63,580 bases of DNA from Bacteroidota bacterium (GTDB lineage Bacteria > Bacteroidota > Bacteroidia > Flavobacteriales_D > JABDKJ01), in contig JBCCIF010000004.1 of NCBI GenBank assembly GCA_039028335.1, positions 1 through 63,580 of the forward strand, in the 5' to 3' direction. The first letter of the stretch is position 1, and every line of letters begins with the position of its first letter. The translations under genes were made by a program, and so were the position numbers. Positions 1 to 11,513 of the stretch are shown here, piece by piece. Below the pieces are notes generated by a model, which was not told the origin of the DNA, made no database searches, and saw only the letters and a list, made by a program, of their open reading frames with translations.

Positions 1-180
1 CTGGTGAGGAGAGACTAATGATGCAAATAAACAATACAAATCTCTAGCTTACAACCCTCATGTTGTTAGAGTAAAAATTTTTTTCGTTCACCTCTCTTCA
101 GACCTTTCACCTTAGTCCTCTTTTTTTCTCAATCGCTTTTCGCTCAATTCACCTTTGTTTCCCAACAAAACAATCCTAGA

Positions 181-1320
181 ATGTTTGGGGAAGGTTTTGG
201 CTTGGTCATGTCGCCAGCCCCTGGCTTGGGAAATTTTGAATTGAGAAAAACAGATAATGATTGGCAGTCCTTTTCTTCACTTGGGGAGTTCGATGGAACC
301 ATCTTTTCTCCTTGGAACGAATTTCACATGTTCAATGAAAATGAAGGATTATTTTTTGGCTACTTAAGCAACTCCAATTATGCCCTAAGGACCTTCGATG
401 GAGGAGAAAACTGGGAAGAATTAACCAATGAAAGCAGCTTTATCATGGGCGTGCACAACGACCTTGATTTTATTCAGAACAATTTAATTTATGTCATTAC
501 AAGTGATGAGAGCCTAGAGCACTACTATCTTCAGAAAATGCATCCCGAATGCGTGGTAACGCTAAAAGAATTAGATGAACTCGAAGGAAACACTGCCAAC
601 GATTCCATCTATCAATATTACCGTTTCGATTTTTTAAATGCTGATTATGGTTTTCTTTCTAAGGAAGATGATAGCGGTCAAACTCGAATATTTAAATCGA
701 TCAATGGCGGATATGATTGGGAGATGGTTTATGGTCCTTTCAACGGATCAGTCAATGATGTTCACGTACAAAACGAAGATCAAATCTTTGCTTGTGGAAA
801 GGAAGGATTGATTATTCAAAGTACAGATGGAGGCAATACGTGGTCTCAAATAAATATTGGCCTTGCTGATTGGAACGCGATCAACTTTAAAGATGTGCAA
901 GAGGGATATATTGCTGGGGAATCAGGAAATGTAATGAGGTCTATTGACGGTGGTCTATCATGGCAAATTGAAGAATCCGGAACCACTGGAAATATTCTGA
1001 ATATAGATATTACCGATCTTGGCACAATTTATATCTCTGGACATGATTTTCTCTTCAAAAGAGACCCCATTTCATCTTTATCAGAATTGAATTCCAGTGA
1101 AAATCTTAAAATAATCCCAAACCCTGCATCAGATCGCATAGTCATTCCCGGTTACACACCTGACGATAACAAAAAATGGAAAATCATCGACCTGAATGGC
1201 AAAACGGTCATATCTGGTTCAGATGCTTTTATAGATATTTCATTTCTTCAAGCTGGAATCTATCTCTGGCAAGCAAGGATTAAGGAAGAAGAAGTGATTT
1301 ATAAATTTATCAAGAGATAA
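181..1320 (+). CDS. Asp-box (BNR) repeat beta-propeller-like protein with T9SS C-terminal sorting domain
   Basis: Four SxDxGxxW-type Asp-boxes are present (TFDGGENWE, SINGGYDWE, STDGGNTWS, SIDGGLSWQ). The C-terminal ~75 aa (LKIIPNPASDRIVIP...GIYLWQ...) resemble the Bacteroidota Por/T9SS secretion tail. The first ATG at 181 leaves no signal peptide, but an in-frame signal-peptide-like stretch lies upstream (70..180) without a start codon. Confidence 0.6.
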   Translation: MFGEGFGLVMSPAPGLGNFELRKTDNDWQSFSSLGEFDGTIFSPWNEFHMFNENEGLFFGYLSNSNYALRTFDGGENWEELTNESSFIMGVHNDLDFIQNNLIYVITSDESLEHYYLQKMHPECVVTLKELDELEGNTANDSIYQYYRFDFLNADYGFLSKEDDSGQTRIFKSINGGYDWEMVYGPFNGSVNDVHVQNEDQIFACGKEGLIIQSTDGGNTWSQINIGLADWNAINFKDVQEGYIAGESGNVMRSIDGGLSWQIEESGTTGNILNIDITDLGTIYISGHDFLFKRDPISSLSELNSSENLKIIPNPASDRIVIPGYTPDDNKKWKIIDLNGKTVISGSDAFIDISFLQAGIYLWQARIKEEEVIYKFIKR

Positions 1321-1362
1321 TAAGTACCAATTGGTATGGACCAGGCTCTATTTTGTTTTTGA

Positions 1363-2286
1363 TTGGCTTTACAATACCTTCATCCCATGACCTTGGCCGA
1401 ACGAATATTGCCTAGAAGAGTACGCTACATCCTTTTCAAAATATGGGCTTTGCTTTCGATGGTCAGATGGATTAATGTCTTGGTCATTGCTATTGCCCTA
1501 TATCTGTCTGCCATGTGTTTGCTCAACGATGGCATATCTAAGTGGGAAATTTTAAAAAACCCAAAACTTCATTTAGAAGTAATAGCACTTTCTCTGTTTA
1601 TCATGTCCGGCTATATCATAAATGCTTTTTACGACCTTGAAAAAGACCTGATCAACAAACCCAAGAAAACATATATCGATCGACTCATCAGTCGAAAAAC
1701 CAGCTTGAACGCATATATAACATTCAATGGGATAGCGGCCATCCTTTCATTATTTGTGGGCTGGAAAGTATTCATCATAAACCTGCTCTTTTCTTTTGCT
1801 CTTTGGCTCTATAGCCATAAACTTCGCAAAAAAGCATTCATGGGTGAATTGGGTGCCACCTTATTGACGGTTGCTCCCTTCGTAAGTCTTTCGGTCTATT
1901 ACTCAAAAATCACCGCCTATATTTTTCTGTATGTCTCCTTTATTTTTCTCCTGGCTCTCACTCGAGAGATCATCAAAAAACTAATCCGGTTTAAAGGCGA
2001 TTTAGTAGTAGGAGAAAAGTCTCTACCTATTGTAATCGGAGAACAGAAATCGAAGGGACTGGCTATTTTCTTTATGCTGGGTTCCCTGGCTCAATTGGGC
2101 TCTCTTTATTTTATCCAATGGCTCTTACGCCTTCCTTTTTGGTTTATAGCCATGGGCGGTTCGGCTATCTTTATTTCAATCATTCTCATGCTTTCCACCC
2201 AATCCGGTAATAACTATAAAATTGTCAATTGGATTTATAAAATTTTGCTCGTAGGAACCGTTGCAGGAATTGCACTTATTTATTGA
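1363..2286 (+). CDS. UbiA-family prenyltransferase (polytopic membrane protein)
   Basis: First Asp-rich motif NAFYDLEKD (NxxxDxxxD) and second motif KGDLVVGEKSLP are present, with many hydrophobic helices. The start is a non-ATG codon (TTG). Confidence 0.75.
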   Translation: MALQYLHPMTLAERILPRRVRYILFKIWALLSMVRWINVLVIAIALYLSAMCLLNDGISKWEILKNPKLHLEVIALSLFIMSGYIINAFYDLEKDLINKPKKTYIDRLISRKTSLNAYITFNGIAAILSLFVGWKVFIINLLFSFALWLYSHKLRKKAFMGELGATLLTVAPFVSLSVYYSKITAYIFLYVSFIFLLALTREIIKKLIRFKGDLVVGEKSLPIVIGEQKSKGLAIFFMLGSLAQLGSLYFIQWLLRLPFWFIAMGGSAIFISIILMLSTQSGNNYKIVNWIYKILLVGTVAGIALIY

Positions 2287-2310
2287 GCTAACAAAGAAAT
2301 GCAGATAATA

Positions 2311-3006
2311 TTAGTTGCAGTCTAGCTTAAATCCCACACCGTGCATATTTAATATTTGAATGCTTTCATCCTCCTTAAGGTATTTTCTAAGCTTAGTGAT
2401 AAACACATCCAATGATCGGCCGGTGAAATAATCGTCTTTACCCCAAATAAGATTCAACAAGAGCGCTCTTTCAATGACCTTATTCTTATGTTCACAGAGC
2501 AGCTTCAATACGGAGGCCTCTTTCTTCGTGAGCTTTCTCTCTTCACCCATGGGGTCACGCAATAAAAAACTCAATGAGTCATATGTATACTCCCCGATCT
2601 GATGTACGTGCTTGTTTTCATCTTTCTTCACTTTACCACTTCGTTTCAACAGGGCTTTCACGCGAAGAAGGAATTCTTCATTACTAAAAGGCTTGGTCAA
2701 ATAATCATCACCTCCACTCTCAAAACCTCTCACTTTATCCTCCATCATATTTTTCGCGGTAAGAAAAATAATTGGAACATTTTCATTGACTTTTCGAATA
2801 TCTTCAGCCAAACTAAAGCCGTCTTTTTCTGGTAGCATAACATCCAAAACACAAAGGTCATAGTTCTGGGCATTGAACTGTTGTAAGCCCTCTTTTCCAT
2901 CGCGACATAAATGCGTATTGAAGCCCTCTCGTTTCAAAGTATCTTGAACAACCAAACCCAAATTAAAGTCATCCTCAACTAATAAAATATTCAATTTGTC
3001 ACTCAT
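2311..3006 (-). CDS. OmpR-family two-component response regulator
   Basis: Receiver domain (LLVEDD...DLCVLDVMLP...TAK) plus a winged-helix output domain (LTKKEASVLKLL...GVGFKL). There is a 4-nt overlap with the upstream kinase gene. Confidence 0.9.
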   Translation of the reverse strand: MSDKLNILLVEDDFNLGLVVQDTLKREGFNTHLCRDGKEGLQQFNAQNYDLCVLDVMLPEKDGFSLAEDIRKVNENVPIIFLTAKNMMEDKVRGFESGGDDYLTKPFSNEEFLLRVKALLKRSGKVKKDENKHVHQIGEYTYDSLSFLLRDPMGEERKLTKKEASVLKLLCEHKNKVIERALLLNLIWGKDDYFTGRSLDVFITKLRKYLKEDESIQILNMHGVGFKLDCN

Positions 3007-4277
3007 TTCTCAAATGGTAGTTTCAATATAAATTTCGTGCCTTTGTTCAATTCACTACTCACAGCCACGCTTCCTTTGTGCGCTTCGGCCATTTTCTTCA
3101 CATAATAAAGGCCCAATCCAAAACCTTTGACATTGTGCACATTTCCTGTAGGCACGCGATAAAATTTATCGAAAAGATGCTTTAAGTTCTCACGGGCAAT
3201 CCCAATCCCATTGTCGCTAATTTCAAAAACAAAGTACTTTCCTTCATTAGACGTACAGATTGAAATAATAGGTTTCGTTTTGGTATACTTAATGGCATTA
3301 TCAATGAGATTGTAAATGATGTTCGTAAGGTGAACCACATCGCCTTCCAAGGAATGTCGATTCGCATTTAATGTCATGGTGATCTCTCCTTGCCGCTCTT
3401 TTATCGACAGATCGGCAGTCAGAACCGATTTTTGTATAATATCATGAAGATTTATAGGCTCTTTTTTAAGAACAATCTTATCCTCCTCCAAAGTAGCCAT
3501 TTGCAAAACCTTGTCTACTTGCCTTTTCAGGCGATTGTTTTCGTTTTGTATAATCTGAGCATATTGGTTCAATCTTTCCGGCTCTTGAGTAATATTCGGG
3601 TGCATCAATACTTCACTAGACAAAGAAATCGTTGAAATAGGTGTCTTGAATTCATGTGTCATATTATTGATAAAATCCGTTTTCACTTCTGACAATCGCT
3701 TCTGTTTTAAAATAACGCTCATCGCATACGCGAAAAATAATACGACTCCAAGAAGTATTAAACTGGAAAAAATCCAAAGGTTCATTTTGGAAATTACATA
3801 GTTCAGTTTATCCGGAAACAGCACACCAAAATAGTGTCCATCCTTATCCCACTTAATCTGAGATAATTCTTCAACCCTGCCCACTGATGTAGAATCTTGT
3901 ATAGAAACCGTTGCTCCATAAACGATGTCATTCGAAAAGCAGTCATAAATTCCATATTCAAACTCTTCGACAAGGTTTCGTCTGCTAAAATGCTCTTTCA
4001 ATAAGCCTTCTAATAGAGCTGGATGCAATGTATCATTCATCTGAACGACAAATGAATTCGTACTTCTTTGCTCAACAGGGTAAAATGTATTGGAAGAATC
4101 TTTTCCTAAAGTTTTGATTTCTGCAGCAACATCATTCAAAGCTATGATCACGCGATCATTGAATTGCTGATCTTGAATGTTGTAGGTTTTGTTGTACCAA
4201 ATAACTTGCGATATGACAATACTCAAAATACTGAGAACTGCCAGTAAAATCACAATTCTTATGGTGCTTCGTTTCAC
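3003..4277 (-). CDS. Sensor histidine kinase
   Basis: Two TM segments, an H-box (FINNMTHEFKTPIS), an N-box (NLIDNAIKY) and G-boxes (DNGIGI, GFGLGL). Confidence 0.9.
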   Translation of the reverse strand: MKRSTIRIVILLAVLSILSIVISQVIWYNKTYNIQDQQFNDRVIIALNDVAAEIKTLGKDSSNTFYPVEQRSTNSFVVQMNDTLHPALLEGLLKEHFSRRNLVEEFEYGIYDCFSNDIVYGATVSIQDSTSVGRVEELSQIKWDKDGHYFGVLFPDKLNYVISKMNLWIFSSLILLGVVLFFAYAMSVILKQKRLSEVKTDFINNMTHEFKTPISTISLSSEVLMHPNITQEPERLNQYAQIIQNENNRLKRQVDKVLQMATLEEDKIVLKKEPINLHDIIQKSVLTADLSIKERQGEITMTLNANRHSLEGDVVHLTNIIYNLIDNAIKYTKTKPIISICTSNEGKYFVFEISDNGIGIARENLKHLFDKFYRVPTGNVHNVKGFGLGLYYVKKMAEAHKGSVAVSSELNKGTKFILKLPFEK

Positions 4278-4348
4278 TACTTAAATTTACGAAGCACCCA
4301 AGATAAGGATTGTTGATTTAACGCTTTTTTAACGATTGATTCAATGGG

Positions 4349-4936
4349 CTATTCGCCATCCATTTGTGACTCAAGAACATCTTGCTCTGACTGAGCCTCA
4401 ACGACAAGCTTTCTCTCAGCGCCTTCTGCTTCTGGCTCACCCACTGAAAACTCCTCCTCATGAATTACTTCTGTTTCAGGCTTTGAGGTTTCCGAAACTC
4501 CTTCACTCTCATCAGCGGCATAAACTTCAAGTATCTTTGAATACGTAATACTCGGAATGACATAACCTGTTCCATATCCCTTCATTACCGTTTTGGTCTT
4601 GTTATAGACCTCCATGATATTTTCCCCTGCAACTAAAAAATACATTGCCGTTTGCTTTTCCCTGCCAGATTCTTCGTCATAGGCAACAAGAGAAACTTTA
4701 ACCTTGAACCATTTCTCTGAAGCTTCGTCAGGATGAACTTCAGATATATTTGTTTTTGTAATGTTAGAGATTTCAAATGTACCTCCACCCATTTGCTGCA
4801 TGATCTCATGCATACCCGCTTCGGCTTCCGAATAGGTATAGGCTTGAATTAAATGTTGTTCGCTCGTATTGGAGCTTCCTTCATCACTGTGCTTTCTAAT
4901 TTTGACAGTGCAATTGAACCAGTTCTTGTATTGCAT
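4349..4936 (-). CDS. DUF4494-like protein with acidic C-terminal tail
   Basis: The N-terminal ~140 aa resemble the conserved Bacteroidota DUF4494 family (WF.C.VK......AYTYSEAEA...). The C-terminus is a long E/S-rich tail. The family assignment is from memory only. Confidence 0.5.
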   Translation of the reverse strand: MQYKNWFNCTVKIRKHSDEGSSNTSEQHLIQAYTYSEAEAGMHEIMQQMGGGTFEISNITKTNISEVHPDEASEKWFKVKVSLVAYDEESGREKQTAMYFLVAGENIMEVYNKTKTVMKGYGTGYVIPSITYSKILEVYAADESEGVSETSKPETEVIHEEEFSVGEPEAEGAERKLVVEAQSEQDVLESQMDGE

Positions 4937-5042
4937 TTGAATAAAATTGAAGAGGCAATATAGAGCTATCCTCTAGGATTAGCAGGCGATAGGAAGGGCT
5001 TCTTATTCACAGGCTATCCACAAAATGAGGTTGGAAATTGTG

Positions 5043-5084
5043 AAAAGAAAAAACCCTGCTGATCACATAAGGATCGGCAGGGTT
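5043..5084 (-). terminator. Rho-independent terminator downstream of groEL
   Basis: A 13-bp stem (5052-5064 pairs with 5072-5084) is followed on the minus strand by TTTTCTTTT. Confidence 0.65.
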
Positions 5085-5108
5085 CATATATTTTGATGTG
5101 AATTTCTT

Positions 5109-7042
<1,934 letters not shown>

Positions 7043-7092
7043 AAATAAAATTATTTAAGGTTAATAATGAATTTAAATTTCGTGTTCAGTCC

Positions 7093-7108
7093 AGCAATTT
7101 TTTTGCCA
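7093..7108 (-). promoter_or_regulatory. Candidate sigma-54 (-24/-12) promoter element upstream of groES
   Basis: The minus strand reads TGGCAA-AAAAA-TTGCT, which matches TGGCAC-N5-TTGCW with exact GG/GC spacing. It lies ~50 nt upstream of the groES ATG. It is a single low-complexity hit and could be chance. Confidence 0.3.
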
Positions 7109-7163
7109 GCGCGAATTTAGTCGCTTTAATTGACAAAATGGCCCATTTTTGGGATTATTGGAC

Positions 7164-7197
7164 AAAAAAAATGTCAGCCTTTATGACAAGCTGACAT
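7164..7197 (-). terminator. Rho-independent terminator downstream of secG
   Basis: Stem ATGTCAGC/GCTGACAT (7171-7178 pairs with 7190-7197), followed on the minus strand by a run of 7 T. Confidence 0.65.
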
Positions 7198-7221
7198 TCG
7201 ATATCTTTTAATTAATGAGTC

Positions 7222-7527
7222 TTATTCGCTGGGTAATCCCTGACCTTCATTTGGCGCTGGCGTGGTTATTTCAATACCATCTTCATTTACTGTTGAAATA
7301 TTCGTTTGATCTTGTAAAGCAGTCGAGAACAAACATAAAACAACCAGTCCAATTGCTAAGCCCCATGTAGCTTTCTCTAAGAAATCTGCAGTTCTCCGAA
7401 CACCTCCGATTTGGTTGGCTGCACCAAAACTACTTGCCAATCCTCCTCCCTTAGGGTTTTGAATCAACACTATGATTCCAAGAAGAACCGAAACGATGAA
7501 TATCAATACAATAACTAAAGTGCTCAT
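7222..7527 (-). CDS. secG: Preprotein translocase subunit SecG
   Basis: Two TM segments and the SecG signature (LIQNPKGGGL...FG...R..D.L.K.TW). Confidence 0.9.
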   Translation of the reverse strand: MSTLVIVLIFIVSVLLGIIVLIQNPKGGGLASSFGAANQIGGVRRTADFLEKATWGLAIGLVVLCLFSTALQDQTNISTVNEDGIEITTPAPNEGQGLPSE

Positions 7528-8321
7528 TTCTTATTTTTTGATTTAAGTTTCTTTACTTTTTTCAATCGGGCGGCAAAGTAAAGGCTTTTTTCAGGATATT
7601 TCAAGCTCAATTTTTTAAAGGCCTTAATGGCTTTGCCGTATTTCTTTTGTTTTACGAAAATCTCAGCCAAAGTTTCAGTTATGAGGTTTTCATTTTCAAG
7701 CAAGCTTTTTTCAGCCATCTTCTCTGTGGATACAATCGCCTTTTTACCTTTCAGTGCCTTTTCTTTTTTAGCGATGAACTCTGCCAATCTATCCGGTTCT
7801 GTATTATCTTCTGACGAAATATCCCCTTGTAGAAAGGAAAGGAAATCGAGATTACTCTTCTTTTCATGAGCAGTCTTTTTCGGATGTTTGACCTTCTTTT
7901 TCTTCTTTGACTTAGGCATTAATTCCTCGATACTGGGCAGTTCATCGCTTACATCAAGCGAAAAATGATTACTTACTATCTCAGTACGAATTTCATCTTG
8001 CAAAGTTGTGTCCGGTAATTGTTCTGCTTTTAAATTTGGCTGAGCGTTTTCGCGAGCTTCTGAATTCTGAACTGTTCGACTCTCTGACTGCTCTTCTTTT
8101 AGAAAAGCGTACAGGACATTTCTATCCGGAATAATTGAGGCTGTTTTCTTGAGGACCTCGTCAAATGAAATATCTTTTTCATTCTTGAGACTCTTCAGAA
8201 AAAGCATGGCTAAAGTAGGTGAATAAGGGTATTGCTCAAGTAAACTTTTCAATTCTTCACTTTGCTTAGCTCTGAGGACCTGTGGATTTTTGATATATTC
8301 AAGAAGCTCTGTCTTTGTCAC
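7524..8321 (-). CDS. Hypothetical lysine-rich protein with TPR-like C-terminus
   Basis: Long ORF with 4-nt overlap to secG and coding-like composition. No motif was recognised apart from a C-terminal TPR-like helix pair (YGKAIKAFKKLSLKYPEKSLYFA). Confidence 0.5.
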   Translation of the reverse strand: MTKTELLEYIKNPQVLRAKQSEELKSLLEQYPYSPTLAMLFLKSLKNEKDISFDEVLKKTASIIPDRNVLYAFLKEEQSESRTVQNSEARENAQPNLKAEQLPDTTLQDEIRTEIVSNHFSLDVSDELPSIEELMPKSKKKKKVKHPKKTAHEKKSNLDFLSFLQGDISSEDNTEPDRLAEFIAKKEKALKGKKAIVSTEKMAEKSLLENENLITETLAEIFVKQKKYGKAIKAFKKLSLKYPEKSLYFAARLKKVKKLKSKNKK

Positions 8322-8323
8322 TA

Positions 8324-8836
8324 TTACCAGTTTCCGAGTGATTTATCAAATATATCTTGTAAAAGCTGATCGTTTATTTCCTCGATCAAACCTTCTTCTA
8401 TGCTATCGAATTCTTCATTGGCGTTGAAATCAACGAATCGCGTAAAGGTCTGCTCGAAATTGTCTTCTTCATTAAAAACATTCTCATAGGTGACGACTAT
8501 ACTTATTGTCAACCTGTTCAAAGAAGCCGTTTCTTCTCCTGTTGCAGCTGAGGTATTTACCCTGTATTCCTTTACATATCCATCGAATTGTAAATCACCT
8601 TCTGTTTTTGTAAGGTCCAATCTAGATTGTTGCAGGATTAGGTCTTTCAGTCCTTCTGTAAGTAATTGGCCATAATTCGGATCTGCCAATGGCGCATTAA
8701 CTCTGAAATATTGAACTGAAAATGTCTCTGCCTCTGCTGGTATCGTAACACCTGTAAAACTATAGACTCCGCAAGAAGATAAAAAACTCAGAGCAGCAAA
8801 TACATAGAGATATTTCATGACATTAAAACGCATCAT
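8324..8836 (-). CDS. lptE: LptE-family LPS-assembly lipoprotein
   Basis: Lipobox (FLSSC) followed by GVYSFTG. The overall pattern and the C-terminus (...DIFDKSLGNW) match the Bacteroidota LptE-like family as I recall it. Confidence 0.7.
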   Translation of the reverse strand: MMRFNVMKYLYVFAALSFLSSCGVYSFTGVTIPAEAETFSVQYFRVNAPLADPNYGQLLTEGLKDLILQQSRLDLTKTEGDLQFDGYVKEYRVNTSAATGEETASLNRLTISIVVTYENVFNEEDNFEQTFTRFVDFNANEEFDSIEEGLIEEINDQLLQDIFDKSLGNW

Positions 8837-10059
8837 TAAATGTTATATTCCTTTATCTTCCGATATAATGTACGTTCTGAAATTCCTAAATCTTTGGCCG
8901 CATACTTTCGCTTATTGTTGTGCTTCTTTAAAGCCTTCACAATAAATTCTTTTTCTTTATCAGCCAATGAAAGCGATTCTTCTACCTCTTCATGAATTTG
9001 TATAGGTTGATGAAATTCTTCTTTCTGAGGAGCAATGGAAATTGGGCTATCATCGGATACTATTTCAATTGAATTATCATTCATAAGTTGCTGAACAAAG
9101 GCCGAATTTTCAGGATTTAAATTAGAAGATCCACCGCTCTCCATCATATCCAAAACCAAGGACTTAAGTTGATTCAAGTCCTTCTTCATATCAAATAAGA
9201 CTTTATAAAGAATTTCTCTTTCATTCAAATCGCTCGTTTGCTCACTTTTATTGGCCAAAACAGGTAAGCGACTTTGATAAGCTTCTGGCAAATAATTGAT
9301 GAGGGTCTCTTTTGAGACCTTCCTATCTGACTCTATCACTGATAGCTGTTCCGTAACATTTCGCAATTGACGGATATTTCCAGGCCAACGGTAATTGACT
9401 AAAATGTGCTTGGCGTCATCGGCTAGCTGGATGACTGGCATGCGATATTTATCAGAAAAATCTACGGCAAACTTTCTAAATATTAGCTCAATATCTTCCT
9501 TCCTATTTCTTAATGGAGGGAGCTCAAGAGGAACCGTACTTAATCGATAATACAAGTCCTCTCTAAATTTGCCTTTGTCAATTTCTTCAGGGATATGCTT
9601 GTTCGTAGCAGCAATAATTCGAACATCGGTTTTTTGAACTTTTGAAGAACCAACGCGAATGAATTCACCTGACTCCAATACCCTTAATAATCGAACTTGA
9701 GTTTGAAGCGGCATTTCAGCTACTTCATCTAAAAATATAGTCCCTCCATTGGCTTCTTCAAAGTATCCTGCTCTGTCAGAATTTGCTCCTGTAAATGCTC
9801 CCTTCACATGACCAAACAACTCTGAATCAATCGTTCCTTCTGGCAAAGCACCGCAATTTACAGCTATGTATTTGTTATGTTTCCTATGACTCAAATTGTG
9901 AATGATCTGTGGCATAACCTCTTTACCGGTCCCACTTTCTCCGGATACCAGAACAGAAATATCGGTAGGCGCAACCTGCTTTGCTATATCTATTGCACGG
10001 TTAAGTCCTATTGAATTTCCAATGATTCCAAAGCGCTGTTTTATTCCTTGATTATCCAT
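8836..10059 (-). CDS. Sigma-54-dependent transcriptional activator (AAA+ plus Fis-type HTH, no N-terminal sensor domain)
   Basis: Walker A (GESGTGKE), the GAFTGA sigma-54 contact loop and Walker B (GGTIFLDEV) are present, with a C-terminal HTH (AAKDLGISERTLYRKIKEY). The start was moved to the ATG at 10059 (MDNQGIK...), which abuts the miaB stop. The track ORF extends to 10101. Confidence 0.9.
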   Translation of the reverse strand: MDNQGIKQRFGIIGNSIGLNRAIDIAKQVAPTDISVLVSGESGTGKEVMPQIIHNLSHRKHNKYIAVNCGALPEGTIDSELFGHVKGAFTGANSDRAGYFEEANGGTIFLDEVAEMPLQTQVRLLRVLESGEFIRVGSSKVQKTDVRIIAATNKHIPEEIDKGKFREDLYYRLSTVPLELPPLRNRKEDIELIFRKFAVDFSDKYRMPVIQLADDAKHILVNYRWPGNIRQLRNVTEQLSVIESDRKVSKETLINYLPEAYQSRLPVLANKSEQTSDLNEREILYKVLFDMKKDLNQLKSLVLDMMESGGSSNLNPENSAFVQQLMNDNSIEIVSDDSPISIAPQKEEFHQPIQIHEEVEESLSLADKEKEFIVKALKKHNNKRKYAAKDLGISERTLYRKIKEYNI

Positions 10060-10061
10060 AC

Positions 10062-11513
10062 TCACGACACAATTTTTCCAAATAATGTTGCAGAAGAGCA
10101 ATCTTCCACTAAGACATTGACATAATCACCAATTTGGGCATTTTCCCTTGGAAAGATGACCATCGCATTTTGAGATATTCTACCTGCTAAATCACTTTCA
10201 GATTTTTTAGAAACTTTCTCAACCAATACTTTGTGCGTTTTCCCTACAAAAGCTTTGTATCTCTCAAAACTATGCGATCGCTGTTTCTCCTGAATTTCAG
10301 ATAATCTCTTTGATTTAACTTCCTCAGGAACGTCATCTTCAAATTTTCGTTCTGCTAGCGTTTTTGGCCTTTCTGAATACTTAAAGGAATAAGCAAAATC
10401 GAACTTCACATCTTCCATTAAGCTTAAGGTTTCTTCATGCTCAACATCTGTTTCTCCGCAAAATCCCGCAATGATATCTGTTGAAATTGCCGCATTGGGC
10501 GTAATGCGCTGAATTGCCGCTATCCTATCTAGATACCACTCTCTAGAATAACCTCTGTTCATTCGATTCAGAACATCTGAGTTACCACTTTGGACCGGTA
10601 AATGAATGTAATCGCAAATGTTTTCGTACTTGGCAATCATTTCCAAAACATCATCAGTCATGTCTTTAGGATGTGACGTTGAAAAACGCACACGCATGTC
10701 CGGACTAACCAAAGCCACCATTTCCATAAGACGAGCAAAATTTACAACTTCCTTTGTCTCATCCAGAACATTTCCTTTGCGGTCGATATTCCATCTATAA
10801 GAGTCGACATTTTGCCCCAAAAGAGTCACTTCTTTATATCCTTGATCCAATAAATATTTTGCCTCATGCACTATGCTATAGGGATCTCTGCTTCTTTCTC
10901 TTCCTCTGGTGAAAGGAACCACACAAAAAGAGCACATATTATCACAACCTCTCATTATAGAAATGAATGCTGTGACTCCATTGGTGTCCAATCGTATTGG
11001 ATTGATATCTGCATAAGTTTCTTCACGAGACAGCAATACGTTCACCGCTTTTTGCCCACCTTCTACTTCTTGAATTAAATTGGGCAAGTCTTTGTAAGCA
11101 TCTGGCCCGGCTACCAAATCGACCAACTTTTCCTCTTCAAGCAATTGCTTTTTCAAGCGCTCAGCCATACAACCTAGCACCCCTATTATTGTTCCCGGCT
11201 TTTTTTCTTTGGCATTCTTAAAGTGATGAATTCGCCCGCGAACGCGCTGTTCAGCATTGTCCCGAATTGAACATGTATTTATCAAAATCACATCCGCAAC
11301 GGAGGAGTCACGGGTTGTCGAAAAACCATCATTTGCGAGTATAGAAGCCACTATTTCACTGTCCGAGAAATTCATCGCACATCCATAACTTTCTAAATAA
11401 AGTTTTCTGCCTTTATCATTGCTCGGGGAATTCATCTGCAAAGCCTCTCCTTGCCTATTCTCGTCTATTACCTTATTCTCAAATTCCATTTTTAAGTACT
11501 CATCAAAATGCAT
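10062..11513 (-). CDS. miaB: tRNA-i6A37 methylthiotransferase MiaB (radical SAM)
   Basis: UPF0004 N-terminal domain, radical-SAM motif [11 protein letters not shown] and a C-terminal TRAM domain. Confidence 0.93.
   Translation of the reverse strand: MHFDEYLKMEFENKVIDENRQGEALQMNSPSNDKGRKLYLESYGCAMNFSDSEIVASILANDGFSTTRDSSVADVILINTCSIRDNAEQRVRGRIHHFKNAKEKKPGTIIGVLGCMAERLKKQLLEEEKLVDLVAGPDAYKDLPNLIQEVEGGQKAVNVLLSREETYADINPIRLDTNGVTAFISIMRGCDNMCSFCVVPFTRGRERSRDPYSIVHEAKYLLDQGYKEVTLLGQNVDSYRWNIDRKGNVLDETKEVVNFARLMEMVALVSPDMRVRFSTSHPKDMTDDVLEMIAKYENICDYIHLPVQSGNSDVLNRMNRGYSREWYLDRIAAIQRITPNAAISTDIIAGFCGETDVEHEETLSLMEDVKFDFAYSFKYSERPKTLAERKFEDDVPEEVKSKRLSEIQEKQRSHSFERYKAFVGKTHKVLVEKVSKKSESDLAGRISQNAMVIFPRENAQIGDYVNVLVEDCSSATLFGKIVS

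Noticed and set aside
1324-1335. The perfect palindrome TACCAATTGGTA just after the first gene, considered as a terminator or operator.
   Set aside because: A 12-nt palindrome without a loop cannot form a stable terminator hairpin, and there is no adjacent T-tract of note.
7043-7163. Search for a CIRCE (TTAGCACTC-N9-GAGTGCTAA) heat-shock operator upstream of groES.
   Set aside because: No such inverted repeat is present in the groES upstream region.
10060-10101. N-terminal extensions of track ORFs. Examples are the sigma-54 activator to 10101, murD to 34203, murG to 30661, ftsI to 38985, porP from 15263, gldK from 16317, the OMP from 44598, mrp to 48922, nth to 56718 and era to 22403.
   Set aside because: Internal starts give canonical N-termini (signal peptides, a Rossmann GxGxxG at the expected distance, or an Era-like MSHKAG). 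They also remove long overlaps with upstream genes. The extensions are treated as non-coding.
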